Positions 19,751 through 30,803 of a DNA stretch of 64,000 nt are shown here, piece after piece (positions within the stretch are counted from its first letter, which is position 1; each line of letters begins with the position of its first letter). The position numbers were made by a program, and so were the translations under genes. The notes beneath the pieces were generated by a model. It saw only the letters and a program-made list of their open reading frames with translations, was not told the DNA's origin and did no database searches. Source of the stretch: an uncultured Actinomycetes bacterium (GTDB lineage: Bacteria; Actinomycetota; Thermoleophilia; Gaiellales; Gaiellaceae); contig CAVPTP010000012.1 in NCBI GenBank assembly GCA_963708685.1, positions 650 to 64,649 on the forward strand, in the 5' to 3' direction.

Positions 19751-20657
19751 GTGGCCGACGGCGCGAAGACGTACGACGCGGCCGGCGTCTCGCTCGCGAC
19801 CGCCGAGGCCCTCGTCGAGCGCCTCCGTGCGGCAGTCGAGTCGACCGGCGCCACCGGCTTCGGCGCCTTCGCCGGGCTCCACCCCATCGACGAGCGGCGG
19901 CTGCTCGCCGCGTCGACCGACTCGGTCGGCACGAAGCTGATCGTCGCTCGCGAGCGCGGCGCGCTTGCGCAACTGCGGCGCCGACCTCGCCGCTCACTGC
20001 ATCAACGACGTCATCACGACCGGCGCCGATCCGCTGCTCTTCCTCGACTACTTCGCGGCGAACAGCGATCGACCTCGAGCAGGTTGCGGAGCTCGTCGAC
20101 GGCGCCGCCGAGGTGTGCCGCTCCGCCGGTTGCGCCCTCGTCGGCGGCGAGACCGCCGAGCTCCCCGGGATCTACCGCGACGACGAGCTCGACTTCGCCG
20201 GGACCTGCGTCGGCGTCGTCGAGCGCGATCGCCTGGTCGACGGCACGAACGTCGCCGCCGGCGACAGCGTCGTCGGCCTCGCGTCGGCGGGCGTCCACGC
20301 GAACGGCTTCACGCTGATCCGGCAGATCCTCGGAGCTCGACGACTACGACGGCGACGATCTGCTCGCGCCGACGCGGCTCTACCTCGACGACGTCCGCCG
20401 GCTGCGCGATCGGGCACACGCGTTCGCGCACGTCACGGGCGGCGGCATCGCGGGCAATCTCTCGCGCGTCGTCCCCGACGGGCTGCGCGCGGACGATCGA
20501 CTGGGACGCGTGGGAGCGTCCGCCCGTGTTCGACTGGCTGGCCCGTCACGTCGAGGAGGACGAGCTGCGACGCGTGTTCAACCTCGGGATCGGCTTCTGC
20601 GCCGTCGTCGCCGACCCCGGCGACGAGCCGGTCATCGGGAGGATCGAGCGCGCGTGA
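19751..20657 (+). pseudogene. purM: AIR synthetase; about 4 frame breaks (near 19965, 20067, 20335, 20495)
   Basis: YDAAGVS, FAGL...[11 protein letters not shown] | [27 protein letters not shown] | [15 protein letters not shown]...[13 protein letters not shown] | [13 protein letters not shown] | FNLGIGF. Confidence 0.85.
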
Positions 20658-21264
20658 GCGTCGGGGAACCGGCGGCCGTCCGCTCGATCGGGGTCCTCGT
20701 CTCCGGCGAGGGCACGAACCTCCAGGCGCTGATCGACGCGAAGCTTCCGGTCGTCGCGGTCGCCTCGAACAAGCCGGGTGTGCGCGCACTCGAGCGAGCC
20801 GAGCGCGCCGGCATCGAGACCGCGGTCTTCGACGCCGCCGACTACGGCTCGCGCGAGGAGCGCGACGTCGCGCTCGCCGAATGGCTCGAGAGCCGCGGCG
20901 TCGACCTCGTGGTCTGCGCCGGCTACATGCACCTGTTCCGGGCGCCGTTCTTCGACCACTACGGCGGCCGCATCGTCAACACGCACTCCGCCCCGCTCCC
21001 GGCCTTCCCCGGCGCGCACCCGATCGAGGACGTGCTCGCGGCCGGCGTCTCGGAGACCGCCGCGACGGTCCACTGGGTCGACGAGGGCATCGACACCGGC
21101 CCGGTGATCGCCGCCGAGCGCGGTGCCGGTCTATCCGGACGACACGGCCGGAGACGCTGCGCGCCCGCGTCCAGGCCGTCGAGCACCGCCTCCTTCCCGA
21201 GGTCGTGCGAACGCTGATCGCGCCAGGTGACAGAGTGGCACAAGGGATGAAAGGAGTGGGCTAG
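20654..21264 (+). pseudogene. purN: GAR formyltransferase; 2 frame breaks (near 21122 and 21146)
   Basis: [59 protein letters not shown] | VPVYPDDT | [22 protein letters not shown] overlap with purM. Confidence 0.85.
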
Positions 21265-22806
21265 GTGCGCGCGCTGCTCTCCGTCTACGACAAGGCCGGG
21301 CTCGAGGAGCTCGCGCGCGGGCTGGCGGAGCTCGACTTCGAGCTCGTCGCGAGCGGAGGCACGGCGGCGTACCTCGAGGAGCACGGGCTCGAGGTCACGC
21401 GCGTCGAGGACGTGACGCACGCGCCCGAGATGCTCGGCGGACGCGTCAAGACGCTGCATCCCGCGCATCCACGGCGGCATCCTCGCCCGCCGCGATCGCG
21501 CCGACGATCTCGCCGCGCTCGCCGAGCAGGAGATCGAGCCCTTCGACGTCGTCTGCGTCAACTTCTATCCGTTCGACTCGATCGTCTCCCAGCGGCGGCG
21601 CGCGCATGGAGGACGCCGTCGAGATGATCGACATCGGCGGCCCGTCGATGCTGCGCGCCGCGGCGAAGAACTTCGCGCACGTCGCGCCGCTCTGCCTGCC
21701 GCGGCAGTACGGCCCGGTGCTCGACGAGCTCCGGCGCGACCGGAGCCCTGTCGCGCGGACACGCGCCAGCGGCTCGCCGCGGAGGCGTTCGCGTACACCG
21801 CCGCGTACGAGGCGTCGATCGCGCGCTGGTTCGGCGAGGGCGAGGACATGCCGCAGTCGCTGACGCTCGGCTTCGAGAAGGTGCAGGACCTCGCGTACGG
21901 CGAGAACCCGCACCAGCGCGCGGCGTACTACCGGGAGCTCGGCGCGCGGCGCGCACCTCCTCTCGCAGGTCGAGCAGCTCCACGGCCGGGCGCTCTCGTT
22001 CGTCAACCTCTACGACCTCGCCGGCGCGCTGCTCCTGCTCCGCGAGTTCACGCTGCCGACGTGCGTGATCGTCAAGCACGCGAACGCGTGCGGCGTCGCG
22101 ATGGCGGCGACGATCGAGGAGGCGTACGAGCGTGCGCTCGCCTCCGACCCGCTGTCCGCGTTCGGGATGGTCTGCGCCGTCAACCGTCCCGTGAGCGCCG
22201 AGCTCGCGAAGCGGATCGCGGAGCAGTTCGTCGACGTCCTCCACGCGCCCGGCTTCGAGCGCGGGCGCGGTCGAGGCGCTGGCGGACGAAGCCCGGCACG
22301 CGAATCCTCGTCAACCGCGAGCGGCGCGCGTTCCAGGCCGGCGAGCTCGACTACAAGCGCGTGCCCGGCGGACTGCTCGTCCAGGATCGCGACCGGGACG
22401 TCGAGGAGCGCGACTCGATGACCGTCGTCGCCGGATCGCCGACCGAGGAGCAGTGGGGCGACCTGCTCTTCGCGTGGCGGATCTGCAAGCACGTCTGGTC
22501 GAACGCGATCGTCATCGCGAAGGACCTCCAGACGCTCGGCATCGGCGCGGGACAGCAGAGCCGCGTCGACGCGGTGAAGATCGCGCTCGACAAGGCGCAG
22601 ACGTTCGGCCACGACCTCGAGGGCTCGGTGCTCGCCTCCGACGCGTTCTTCCCGTTCGCCGACGGGCCGGAGCTCGCGCTGGCGAGCGGCGTCGCGGCGA
22701 TCATCCAGCCCGGCGGCTCGAAGCGGGACGCCGAGGTCGTCGCTGCCGTCAGAGCGAGCCGGCGCCGTTATGGTCTTCACCGGGCCGCCGGCACTTCCGG
22801 CACTGA
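21265..22806 (+). pseudogene. purH: bifunctional AICAR formyltransferase / IMP cyclohydrolase; about 7 frame breaks
   Basis: AAGGAG precedes GTG 21265. [20 protein letters not shown] | IHGGIL...VVCVNFYPF | [18 protein letters not shown] | AYGENPHQ | VKHANACG | AIVIAKD..TLGIGAGQQSRV...SDAFFPF...IIQPGGSKRD | MVFTGRRHFRH*. Confidence 0.85.
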
Positions 22807-22823
22807 CGCACAGGGGACACGTC

Positions 22824-24262
22824 ATGACCGAACACGCAGCGAGAGGAAATGGTTGGATTCTCGCCGTCGTCGGCGCGGCGTTCTTCATGACGATCCTCGA
22901 CGTCGCGATCGTCAACGTCGCGATCCCGTCGATCCAGAAGGACCTCGACATCGCGGAGTCGACGGTGCAGTGGGTGATCACCGCCTACGCGATCACGTTC
23001 GGCGGATTCCTGCTGCTCGGCGGCCGGATGGCCGACCTGATCGGCCGGCGAGCGATCTTCCTCGTCGGCCTCGTGCTGTTCACGCTCGCGTCGCTCGGCG
23101 TGCGGCCTCGCGTCGAGCGCCGGCATGCTGATCGTCGTCGCGCGCGGTCCAGGGACTCGGCGCGGCGATCATCTCGCCGGCCGCGCTGTCGATCGTGACG
23201 ACGACGTTCGAGGAGGGCGCAGAGCGCAACAAGGCGCTCGGCATCTGGGGCGCGCTCGGCGGCTCGGGCGCGGCGGCGGGCGTCCTCCTCGGCGGCATCC
23301 TCACGAAGTACCTCGGCTGGGAGTGGATCTTCTTCGTCAACGTCCCCGTCGGCGCGCTCGTGCTCGCGCTCACGCGGCCGATCGTCCCGGAGAGCCACGC
23401 GGACCTCGGGCATCGGCGCTTCGACGCAGTCGGCGCCGTGACGCGTCACCGGCGGGAATCGCGCTGCTCGTCTACGCGATCTCGAAGGCGCCCGACGTCG
23501 GCTGGGCGAACGGGTCGCACGATCGGGCTGATCATCGCGTCCGCTCGTCGCTCCTCGCCGGCGTTCGTCGTCTGGGAGCTGCGCACCGAGGCTCCGCTCG
23601 TCCCGTTCGGCATCTTTCGCATCCGCACTCTGACCGGCGCGAACGTCGTCGGCTTCCTGCTCGGCGCCTCGATCTACGCCAACTTCTTCATCCTCACGCT
23701 CTACGTCCAGCAGGTCCTGGGCTGGTCGGCGCTGAAGACGGGAGTGACGTTCCTGGCCACGGCGGGCACGACCGTGATCTGGGCCGGCGTCGCGCAGGCG
23801 CTCGTGACGAAGATCGGCCCGCGGCGCGGTCACGACGGTCGGCATGACGGTTCTCGCGCTGACGGTGCTCGGCTACACGCGACTGCCGGTCGACGGACAC
23901 TACTGGCCCGATCTCCTGCCGCTGTACCTCATCTTCGCGCTCGGGCTCGCGTTCGGGTTCATCCCGGTCACGATCGCCGCGTTCATCGGCGTCGCCGCCC
24001 CACCAGGCGGGGCTCGCGTCGGGACTGCTGAACACGAGCCAGCAGATCGGCGGCGCGATCGGCGTCGCGGTCACGTCGACGATCTTCGTCTCGAAGGCGA
24101 AGTCCGGTCACTTCACGCCGCAGGCGTTCACCTCGGGCTACCACTGGGCGTTCGCAGCGCTCGTCGCGTTCGCCGCCGTCGGCGCAGTTGCTGGCGTTCG
24201 TCTTCTTCCGCGGCGCCCACGTGCCCGAAGCCGAGGCCGAAGCCGCAGCGGTCTCGGTCTAG
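22824..24262 (+). pseudogene. MFS transporter, DHA2 (EmrB/QacA-like, 14-TMS) family; at least 5 frame breaks
   Basis: FFMTILDVAIVNVAIPSIQKDL, WVITAYAITFGGFLLLGGRMADLIGRR, GLGAAIISPAALSIV, GIWGALGGSGAAAG, GLLNTSQQIGGAIG. These are spread over three frames. Confidence 0.8.
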
Positions 24263-24898
24263 ACCGCGAGCAGGTCGTCCCAGATCCGCGGGAGCACCTC
24301 CTCGAGCGGCGCTGCCACGCGCTCGTGCAGCCGCAGCCGCTCGGCGAGCGCGGTCAGCGTCCGGTCGCCGCTCGCGGATACGTGCTCAGAACGCGATCGT
24401 CGGCCGGACGGCGCGCGACGAAGAACGCGACGTGGAGCAACTCGGAGAAGACGGCGAGCGGGCCGTCGAGCGGGCCGTCGACCTCCATCGGGAAGCTGCG
24501 CGCGCTGTCGGCCGCCTCGATCTGCCGCTCGATCAGCTTCGACGCGCCGGCGTAGACGTCGGTCGCGGCGAAGACGACGCGGCCGATCGTCGAGAGCCAG
24601 GCCGCGCCGACGCACTGCGCGCACGGCTCGAGCGTCGTCCACAGCGTGCAGTCGCGGTACCGGCGCGTCGGTGCCGAGCTGAACGAGCGCGTTGATCTCG
24701 GCGTGCGCCGACGCGCGAGCCGGAGATCTGCCCCTCGGGCGCCGCCGCGTCGAACATGCGGTTCCGGCCCCGCGCGATCGCCGTCCCGTCGGCGTCGGTG
24801 ACGACGGCGCCGACGGGAATCGTCGGCACCGCGAACGCCTCCCACGCGAGCTCGAACGCCGCGCGCCACGCGGGATCGAGCTCGCGCCACGCGTCCAT
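24259..24898 (-). pseudogene. CMP/dCMP-type zinc deaminase family protein; 2 frame breaks (near 24700 and 24365)
   Basis: PVGAVV...ARGRN | LAHAEINAL ... LWTTLEPCAQCVGA (HAE / PCxxC zinc motifs). The 3' end overlaps the convergent MFS gene by 4 nt. Confidence 0.75.
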
Positions 24899-24908
24899 GT
24901 CGAGGAGG

Positions 24909-25450
24909 CTAGAGCTCGTCGGGAGGCGCGAAGCGGTAGAAGACGCGACCGATCTTGCCGAGCACGCCCGGGACGAAGTCCTCGAGCGCGCGGGCGTTCT
25001 CGATCCCGCCGATCGACACCGGCTCGTAGCCGGCGTCGCGGATCAGCTGCTCGGTCACCTCTCGCGCCTCGTCGTCGGCCGCGTAGAGGCAGCTCGGCGG
25101 AACCCGCGCCTCGCCGATCCGGTCGTAGAGCGCCGCGAAGTTCGCGTTGAACGCCTTCGCCACTGGGGCCGTTCGTGTAGCGCCTTCACCTCGTGCGCGA
25201 ACGACTCGTATTCCTCGTTGCGCCCCGCGAACGCGTTCGTCGTGTCGATGGCGATCTTCCCCTCGAGCCCACTCACCTTCGGCGAGCGCGTCCGCGAGCG
25301 GCACCGCCCGGAACGAGCGACGAGGACGACGTCCGCGTCCGAGGCGTCGCCGCCTTCGCGGCCGAGCGTCGTGACGTTGTGACCCGCCCGCTCCCACAGC
25401 CGCGCGAGCCCACCGCCGATGTTCCCTTTGCCGATCGTCGTGATGTTCAT
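24909..25450 (-). pseudogene. NADPH-dependent F420 reductase-like / NADP oxidoreductase (F420_oxidored family); 2 frame breaks
   Basis: [26 protein letters not shown]...ADVVLV | KIAIDTTN | [10 protein letters not shown]...[28 protein letters not shown]. Confidence 0.75.
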
Positions 25451-25495
25451 GCCTTCTCCGTTGCCCGGATCCTGTTCCCGTAACCTTCTGCCCCG

Positions 25496-26895
25496 ATGGC
25501 CCGCGCGTACCCGACCGCGCTCGAGCTCGTCGGCAGGACGCCGATCGTCCGCCTCCAGAAGCTCGGGCGCGAGACCGGCAGCACGCAGCTCGCGAAGCTC
25601 GAGTACCTGAATCCGGGCGGCTCGGTGAAGGACCGGATCGGCCTGGCGATGCTCGACGCGGCCGAGCGCGACGGCAAGCTGAAGCCGGGCGGAACGATCG
25701 TGGAGCCGACCTCGGGCAACACCGGCGTCGGGCCTCGCGATCGCGGCGGCGTCGAAGGGCTACCGCTGCATCTTCGTGATGCCCGACAAGATGAGCCAGG
25801 AGAAGATCTCGATGCTGCGCGCGTACGGCGCGGAGGTCGTCATCACGCCGACCGCCGTCGAGCCGGACTCGCCGGAGTCGTACTACTCGGTCTCGTCGCG
25901 CCTCGCGGAGGAGATCCCGGGCGGCTTCAAGCCGGACCAGTACTCGAACCTGGCGAACCCGCAGGCGCACTACGACACGACCGGGCCGGAGATCGTGGAG
26001 CAGACCGGCGGCGAGCATCGACGCGCTCGTGATCTCGGTCGGCACCGGCGGGACGATCAGCGGCGTCGGCCGCTACTTCAAGGAGCACGCGCCGAACGTG
26101 CTGATCGTCGGCGCGGATCCCGAGGGCTCGGTCTACACGGCGACGGGCGACGACGACGTGCACCCGTACCTCGTCGAAGGCATCGGCAAGGACACGTGGC
26201 CGAAGACGATGGACCCCGACGTCGTCGACGAGTGGATCCGCGTCAGCGACCGCGACTCGTTCATCGTCGCGCGGCGGCTCGCGCGCGAGGAGGGGCTGCT
26301 CGTCGGCGGCTCGGGCGGGACGACGGTCTGGGCGGCGCTCGAGCTCGCGCGAAGCGCCTCGGCCCCGGCAAGACGATCCTCTCGATGCTCCCCGACAGCG
26401 GCCGGTCCTACCTCTCGAAGTTCTACGACGACAACTGGATGCTCGAGCACGGGTTCGTCGAGCGCCGCGCGTTTCTGCCGACGGTGGAGCAGTTGCTGCT
26501 GGCCAAGCGGGACGAGGAGCAGAGTGCCCGATCTCGTCACGATCTCCGCGCACCAGAAGGTCGGGGAGGCGATCGACGTGATGCAGCGTTACTCGATCTC
26601 GCAGCTTCCCGTCGTGCGCGACGGCTCGAGCGAGTCGCTCGCCGACTTCATCGGCTCGCTGCAGGATCGCGACCTGCTCGACCGCGTCTTCAAGAATCCC
26701 GACGCTCTGCACGAGGACGTCGCGTCGGCGATGCAGCCTCCACTCGCGGCGATCGAGGTGACGCAGTCGCTCGACCAGGTGTTCTCGACGCTGAGCGGGC
26801 GGACGAACGCGGTGGTCGTGGCGCGCGACGGCCGGCCGGTGGGGGTGCTCACGCGCTCGGACCTCCTCGAATACCTCGCGCACAAGCAGTCATGA
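25496..26895 (+). pseudogene. cystathionine beta-synthase (PLP domain + CBS-pair); about 4 frame breaks (near 25735, 26010, 26352, 26525)
   Basis: GRTPIVRL...[25 protein letters not shown] | [14 protein letters not shown] | [15 protein letters not shown] | [13 protein letters not shown] | CBS-pair region ISQLPVV...[20 protein letters not shown]. Confidence 0.85.
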
Positions 26896-27122
26896 CGGGC
26901 GAGCTCGAGGCGATTCTCAGGGAGGCGTTTCCCGAGGCGACGGAGGTTCACGTGACCGATCGGACAGGCGGCGGCGACCACTTCCTCATCGAGGTGACGA
27001 GCCCGCGCTTCGACGGTCTCCCGCTGCTCGAGCAGCACCGGCTCGTGAACGACGCTCTCGCAGCACCCTTCGCGTCAGGCAGGATTCACGAGATGCGAAT
27101 CAAGACGAAAGGAACGACATGA
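26892..27122 (+). CDS. BolA family protein
   Basis: 76 aa. [34 protein letters not shown]...[12 protein letters not shown] overlap with the CBS stop. Confidence 0.85.
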   Translation: MTGELEAILREAFPEATEVHVTDRTGGGDHFLIEVTSPRFDGLPLLEQHRLVNDALAAPFASGRIHEMRIKTKGTT

Positions 27123-27494
27123 GCGACGAGCTGCGCGACAGGATCAAGACCGTGATCGAGACGGAGCCGGTGGCTCTGTTCATGAAGGGAACGCCCCAGT
27201 TCGTGATGTGCGGCAACTCCGAGCGCGCTCTGCAGGCGCTTGCGCAGCGCCGGTGCGCCCGTCACGGCCGTCGACATCCTCCCCGACCCGGGAATCCGGC
27301 AGGAGCTGTCGGCCATCTCGGGCTGGCCGACGATCCCGCAGGTCTTCATCGGCGGCGAGCTCGTCGGCGGCGCGGACATCGTGCAGGAGCTGGCGGCGAC
27401 TGGCGAGCTCGCAAAGCAGCTCGAGGGGTCGCTCGGCGACGATTACCGCGAGGACGCCGAGGAGCGCGTCGTCTCGGTGCTCGTGCCCGCCTAG
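27119..27494 (+). pseudogene. Grx4-type monothiol glutaredoxin; frame break near 27240; active site reads CGNS instead of CGFS
   Basis: VALFMKGTPQFVMCGNSERALQAL | VDILPDPGIRQELSAISGWPTIPQVFIGGELVGGADIV. Confidence 0.82.
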
Positions 27495-27637
27495 CTCGGC
27501 TCCGGGCTTTCGCGCTTCGCGTCCCGAAGCATTCGCTCGGCGACCTCGCGCAGCCGGCGCAGGGTCTCGTCGACGTGAGCCTCCCAGGCGTCGCGCTCTT
27601 CTTTACTCGCCCAGATCTTCTTGTACTTCTTCGCCAT
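27491..27637 (-). CDS. hypothetical Lys/Glu-rich small protein (48 aa); may be the 3' half of one frameshifted gene with 27603-27758
   Basis: MAKKYKKIWASKEERDAWEAHVDETLRRLREVAERMLRDAKRESPEPS. Locally AT-richer. The 3' end overlaps the glutaredoxin stop by 4 nt. Confidence 0.4.
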   Translation of the reverse strand: MAKKYKKIWASKEERDAWEAHVDETLRRLREVAERMLRDAKRESPEPS

Positions 27638-27758
27638 CGTCGTCCTCCAACAGGCGTCGAATCTTCCGAACCTCTTCGAGAATATCGTGCAGCGTGAAGA
27701 GCGCCGGCACAAGCTCCTCGCGCGTTATCGAGCCGGTTCGGTTCGATGCCGACAGCAT
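27603..27758 (-). CDS. hypothetical small acidic protein (51 aa)
   Basis: MLSASNRTGSITREELVPALFTLHDILEEVRKIRRLLEDDDGEEVQEDLGE. It overlaps the next ORF's start by 35 nt in a different frame. Confidence 0.35.
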   Translation of the reverse strand: MLSASNRTGSITREELVPALFTLHDILEEVRKIRRLLEDDDGEEVQEDLGE

Positions 27759-27818
27759 CGAGGACGGCGGCGGTCGCCACAAGACGCTCTCCCGGACACG
27801 CCCGTTTAGCATCCCTCG

Positions 27819-28812
27819 GTGCAGCTCGCCGAGTCGCTGAGCATCGAGCAGGCGCGCCGCATCGCGGTCCGCGCGCAGCTGCTCGACGGATCGGCGACCT
27901 CCGTCCTCGACACCGTTCGACGGCTCGGCTTCCTCCAGATGGATCCGATCGCGACCGTCGCGACGCCGCAGCAGCTCGTCCTCTTCAGCCGCCTCGGCCC
28001 CTTCGACGCGGCCGAGCTCGACCGGCTGCTCTGGGAGGAGCGGAAGCTCTTCGAGTGGGACGCCTTCATCTGGCCGATCGAGGACCTGCCGCTCGTGCGC
28101 GCTCGAACGCGGCGGTGGCGCAAACGCGAGAACGCGTGGGTGCGGGACTTCGTGCAGGCGAACGCGCGCTTCCGGCGTTACGTGCTCCGCGAGCTCGACC
28201 GGAACGGGCCGCTGCTCTCGCGGGATCTCGAGCACGACCTGATGCCGGCGGGCGAAGCGCACCGCTGGTGGGGCACGCGGCAGGTGCGGCTGATGCTGGA
28301 GATCCTGCACGGCCGCGGGGAGATCGCGGTCGCCGGCCGGTCGGGCAGGCAACGGCTCTGGGATCTGGCCGAACGCGTCTTCCCCGACACGGAGACCGTG
28401 CCGCTACGCGAGGCCGAGCGGCTGATCGAGGAGAAGCGGCAACGCTCGCTCGGCGTCTGGAAGGAGCGCGGCGTCTGGAAGACGCACCCGGACGTGCCAG
28501 ACGGGCCGGTGCCCGACCGCGTCACCGTCCTCTCGCCGTTCGACCGCCTGATCCACGACCGCGACCGCGCCGAGGCGCTGTTCGACTTCCACTACCGGCT
28601 CGAGATGTACGTCCCGAAGGCGAAGCGCGAGTACGGCTACTACGTACTGCCTGTTCTCCAGGGCGAGCGAGATCGTCGGCCGCGTCGAGCCGCGCTTCGA
28701 CCGCAAGACCGGCGAGCTCGAGATCCTCGGAGCATGGGGCGACACCTCGCGTCTCGACGAGGCGCTCGCGGAGCTCGGCACATTTCTCGGCGCGGCTACG
28801 ATCAAGCGCTGA
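27819..28812 (+). pseudogene. winged-helix DNA-binding / YcaQ-family (DUF1006, putative crosslink-repair glycosylase) protein; frame break near 28669
   Basis: ARRIAVRAQLL...VRRLGFLQMDPI, WWGTRQVRLMLEILHGRGEI, YRLEMYVPKAKREYGYYVLPVL | GERIVGRVEPRFDRKTGELEILGAW...TIKR*. The break fuses it in the ORF track to the next gene. Confidence 0.75.
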
Positions 28813-29957
28813 TGGACTTCGAGACCCGCGCGATTCACGAAGGGCAGGAGCCCGACCCGACGACGGGCGCGATCACGACGCCGATCTACCAGACGTCCAC
28901 GTACGTCCAGGAAGAAGTCGGGAAGCACAAGGGCTACGAGTACTCGCGCGTCGCCAATCCGACGCGGACCGCGCTCCAGACCTGCCTCGCGTCGCTCGAG
29001 GGCGCGGCCTACGGAGTCGCGTTCTCGTCCGGGCTCGGTGCGACGACGACGCTCATGCATCTCGTGAATCCGGGCGAGCGTGTCGTGCTCATCGCGGACG
29101 TCTACGGAGGCGTCTACCGCATGACGTCGCAGGTCTACGAGCCCAAGGGCTACCTCTTCGAATACCTACCGGCGACGGAGTTCGCGAATCTCCGGCCGCA
29201 TCTCGACGAGCGCACGCGCCTCGTCTGGATCGAGACGCCGTCCAACCCGTTGCTGAACGTCGTCGACATCCGCGCCGCCGCCGACGCGGCACACGAAGCC
29301 GGCGCGATCGTCGTCGTCGACAACACGTTCGCGACGCCTTACCTGCAGCGGCCGCTCGAGCTCGGCGCGGACATCGTCGTCCACTCGACGACGAAGTACC
29401 TCGGCGGACACTCCGACGTGATCGGCGGGTTCGCAGCGACGAACGATCCGACGATTGCGGAGCGGCTGTACTTCCTGCAGAAGTCGCTCGGCGCGGTCCC
29501 GGGGCCGTTCGACTCGTGGCTCGTCCTCCGCGGGATCAAGACGCTCGCCCTGAGAATGGCCCGCCACTCGGAGAACGCGCGCGCGGTCGCGCAGTTCCTC
29601 GAAGGGCAGGACGCAGTCGAGCGCGTCTTCTACCCGGGTCTTCCCTCGCACCCGGGACACGACATCGCCCTGCGGCAGATGTCCGACTTCGGCGGCATGG
29701 TCTCGTTCCTCGCCGCCTCGCCCGAGGACGCTGCGTCGCTCGTTGCGCGGACGCACGTCTGGAAGCTCGCCGAGTCGCTCGGCGGAGTCGAGTCGATGAT
29801 CGAGGTGCCGACGCTGATGACGCATGCATCGACCGCGGACGCACCCTTCGCCGCGCCTCCGAACCTCGTGCGTCTGTCGGTCGGCATCGAGTCGATCGGC
29901 GATCTGATCGCTGATCTCGAGCAGGCACTGGTGCCTGCAACCGTTCAGACGACCTGA
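28812..29957 (+). CDS. cystathionine gamma-lyase/synthase family PLP enzyme (Cys/Met metabolism)
   Basis: TRAIHEGQ...TPIYQTSTY, YSRVANPTR, VVDNTFATPYLQRPLELGADIVVHSTTKYLGGHSDV (PLP Lys), RLSVGIE. Confidence 0.9.
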   Translation: MDFETRAIHEGQEPDPTTGAITTPIYQTSTYVQEEVGKHKGYEYSRVANPTRTALQTCLASLEGAAYGVAFSSGLGATTTLMHLVNPGERVVLIADVYGGVYRMTSQVYEPKGYLFEYLPATEFANLRPHLDERTRLVWIETPSNPLLNVVDIRAAADAAHEAGAIVVVDNTFATPYLQRPLELGADIVVHSTTKYLGGHSDVIGGFAATNDPTIAERLYFLQKSLGAVPGPFDSWLVLRGIKTLALRMARHSENARAVAQFLEGQDAVERVFYPGLPSHPGHDIALRQMSDFGGMVSFLAASPEDAASLVARTHVWKLAESLGGVESMIEVPTLMTHASTADAPFAAPPNLVRLSVGIESIGDLIADLEQALVPATVQTT

Positions 29958-29968
29958 TCCGCGCCGAG

Positions 29969-30739
29969 ATGTGGCTCGCGGTCCTCGCCCGGGTGGGGCT
30001 CTTCGCCAAGGGCGTGTCGTTCGCGCTCGTCGGCGTCCTCGCGCTCGAGCTCGCGCTCGGTCGCGGCGGGAAGTCGACGAGCCGTCAGGGAGCGCTGGCG
30101 ACGCTGGCGGACGAGAGCTTCGGCACGACACTGCTCGTCGCGCTCGCGATCGGCTTCGCCGCCTACGCGCTGTGGCGGGTCGCGCAGGCGTTCTTCGAGC
30201 GGGAGGAGGACGATTCGAAGCTCTGGGCGAAGCGCCTCGGGTATCTGGGCCGCGCCGCGGTCTATTTCGGCTTGACGTACAGCGTGCTGAAGATCGCCGG
30301 AGGCTCACCGGCGGAGTCACAGAACGAGAGCGCCCGCAAGACGACGGCCGAGGTGCTCGGCTGGCCCGGCGGCACCTGGCTCGTCGCCTTCGGAGGCGTG
30401 TGCGCGATCGGACTGGGCCTGTACAACGGTTATCGCGGGATCTCGCAATCGTTCGTCGACAAGTGGGACACGGCGAGGATGAGCTCCGCCGCGCGTCGCT
30501 GGATGGCGCGCGTCGGAACCGTCGGCTTGCTCGCGAGGCTCGTTGTCTTCGCGTTGATCGGAGCGTTCGCGGTCAAGGCCGCCATCCAGTACGAGCCGAG
30601 CGAGGCGATCGGTCTCGACGGCGCGCTCCAGAAACTCGCGGATCAGAGCTACGGGCGTTGGTTGCTCGGGCTGACGGCCCTCGGCCTGCTCGCGTACGCG
30701 GTCTACTGCTTCGTCGACGCGCGCTACCGGAAGGTCTAA
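29969..30739 (+). CDS. DUF1206 domain membrane protein
   Basis: Three repeated units of paired TM helices (GLFAKGVSFALVGVLAL, GRAAVYFGLTYSVLK, ARLVVFALIGAFAVK), ending YAVYCFVDARYRKV. Confidence 0.8.
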   Translation: MWLAVLARVGLFAKGVSFALVGVLALELALGRGGKSTSRQGALATLADESFGTTLLVALAIGFAAYALWRVAQAFFEREEDDSKLWAKRLGYLGRAAVYFGLTYSVLKIAGGSPAESQNESARKTTAEVLGWPGGTWLVAFGGVCAIGLGLYNGYRGISQSFVDKWDTARMSSAARRWMARVGTVGLLARLVVFALIGAFAVKAAIQYEPSEAIGLDGALQKLADQSYGRWLLGLTALGLLAYAVYCFVDARYRKV

Positions 30740-30743
30740 CGCT

Positions 30744-30783
30744 CGCCGGTACCTGGTAGAAACCGCCGGTGACGACCGAGCCT
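30744..30783 (+). repeat. copy 1 of a 40-nt direct repeat (start-region duplicate)
   Basis: The core ctggtagaaaccgccggtgacgaccgagcc matches 31123-31152 (ctggtagaaagccgcggtgacgatggagcc) at 25 of 30 positions. Here the GTG opens only a 9-codon ORF (VTTEPVGRV*). Confidence 0.7.
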
Positions 30784-30803
30784 GTCGGCCGGGTCTGACG
30801 CTA

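Noticed and set aside
27819-29957. 712-aa ORF suggesting a YcaQ-like/cystathionine gamma-lyase fusion protein.
   Set aside because: The YcaQ-like C-terminus continues in another frame (GERIVGRVEPRFDRKTGELEILGAW...TIKR*) to TGA 28810-28812. That stop abuts the lyase ATG at 28812. The apparent fusion is created by the frame break near 28669.
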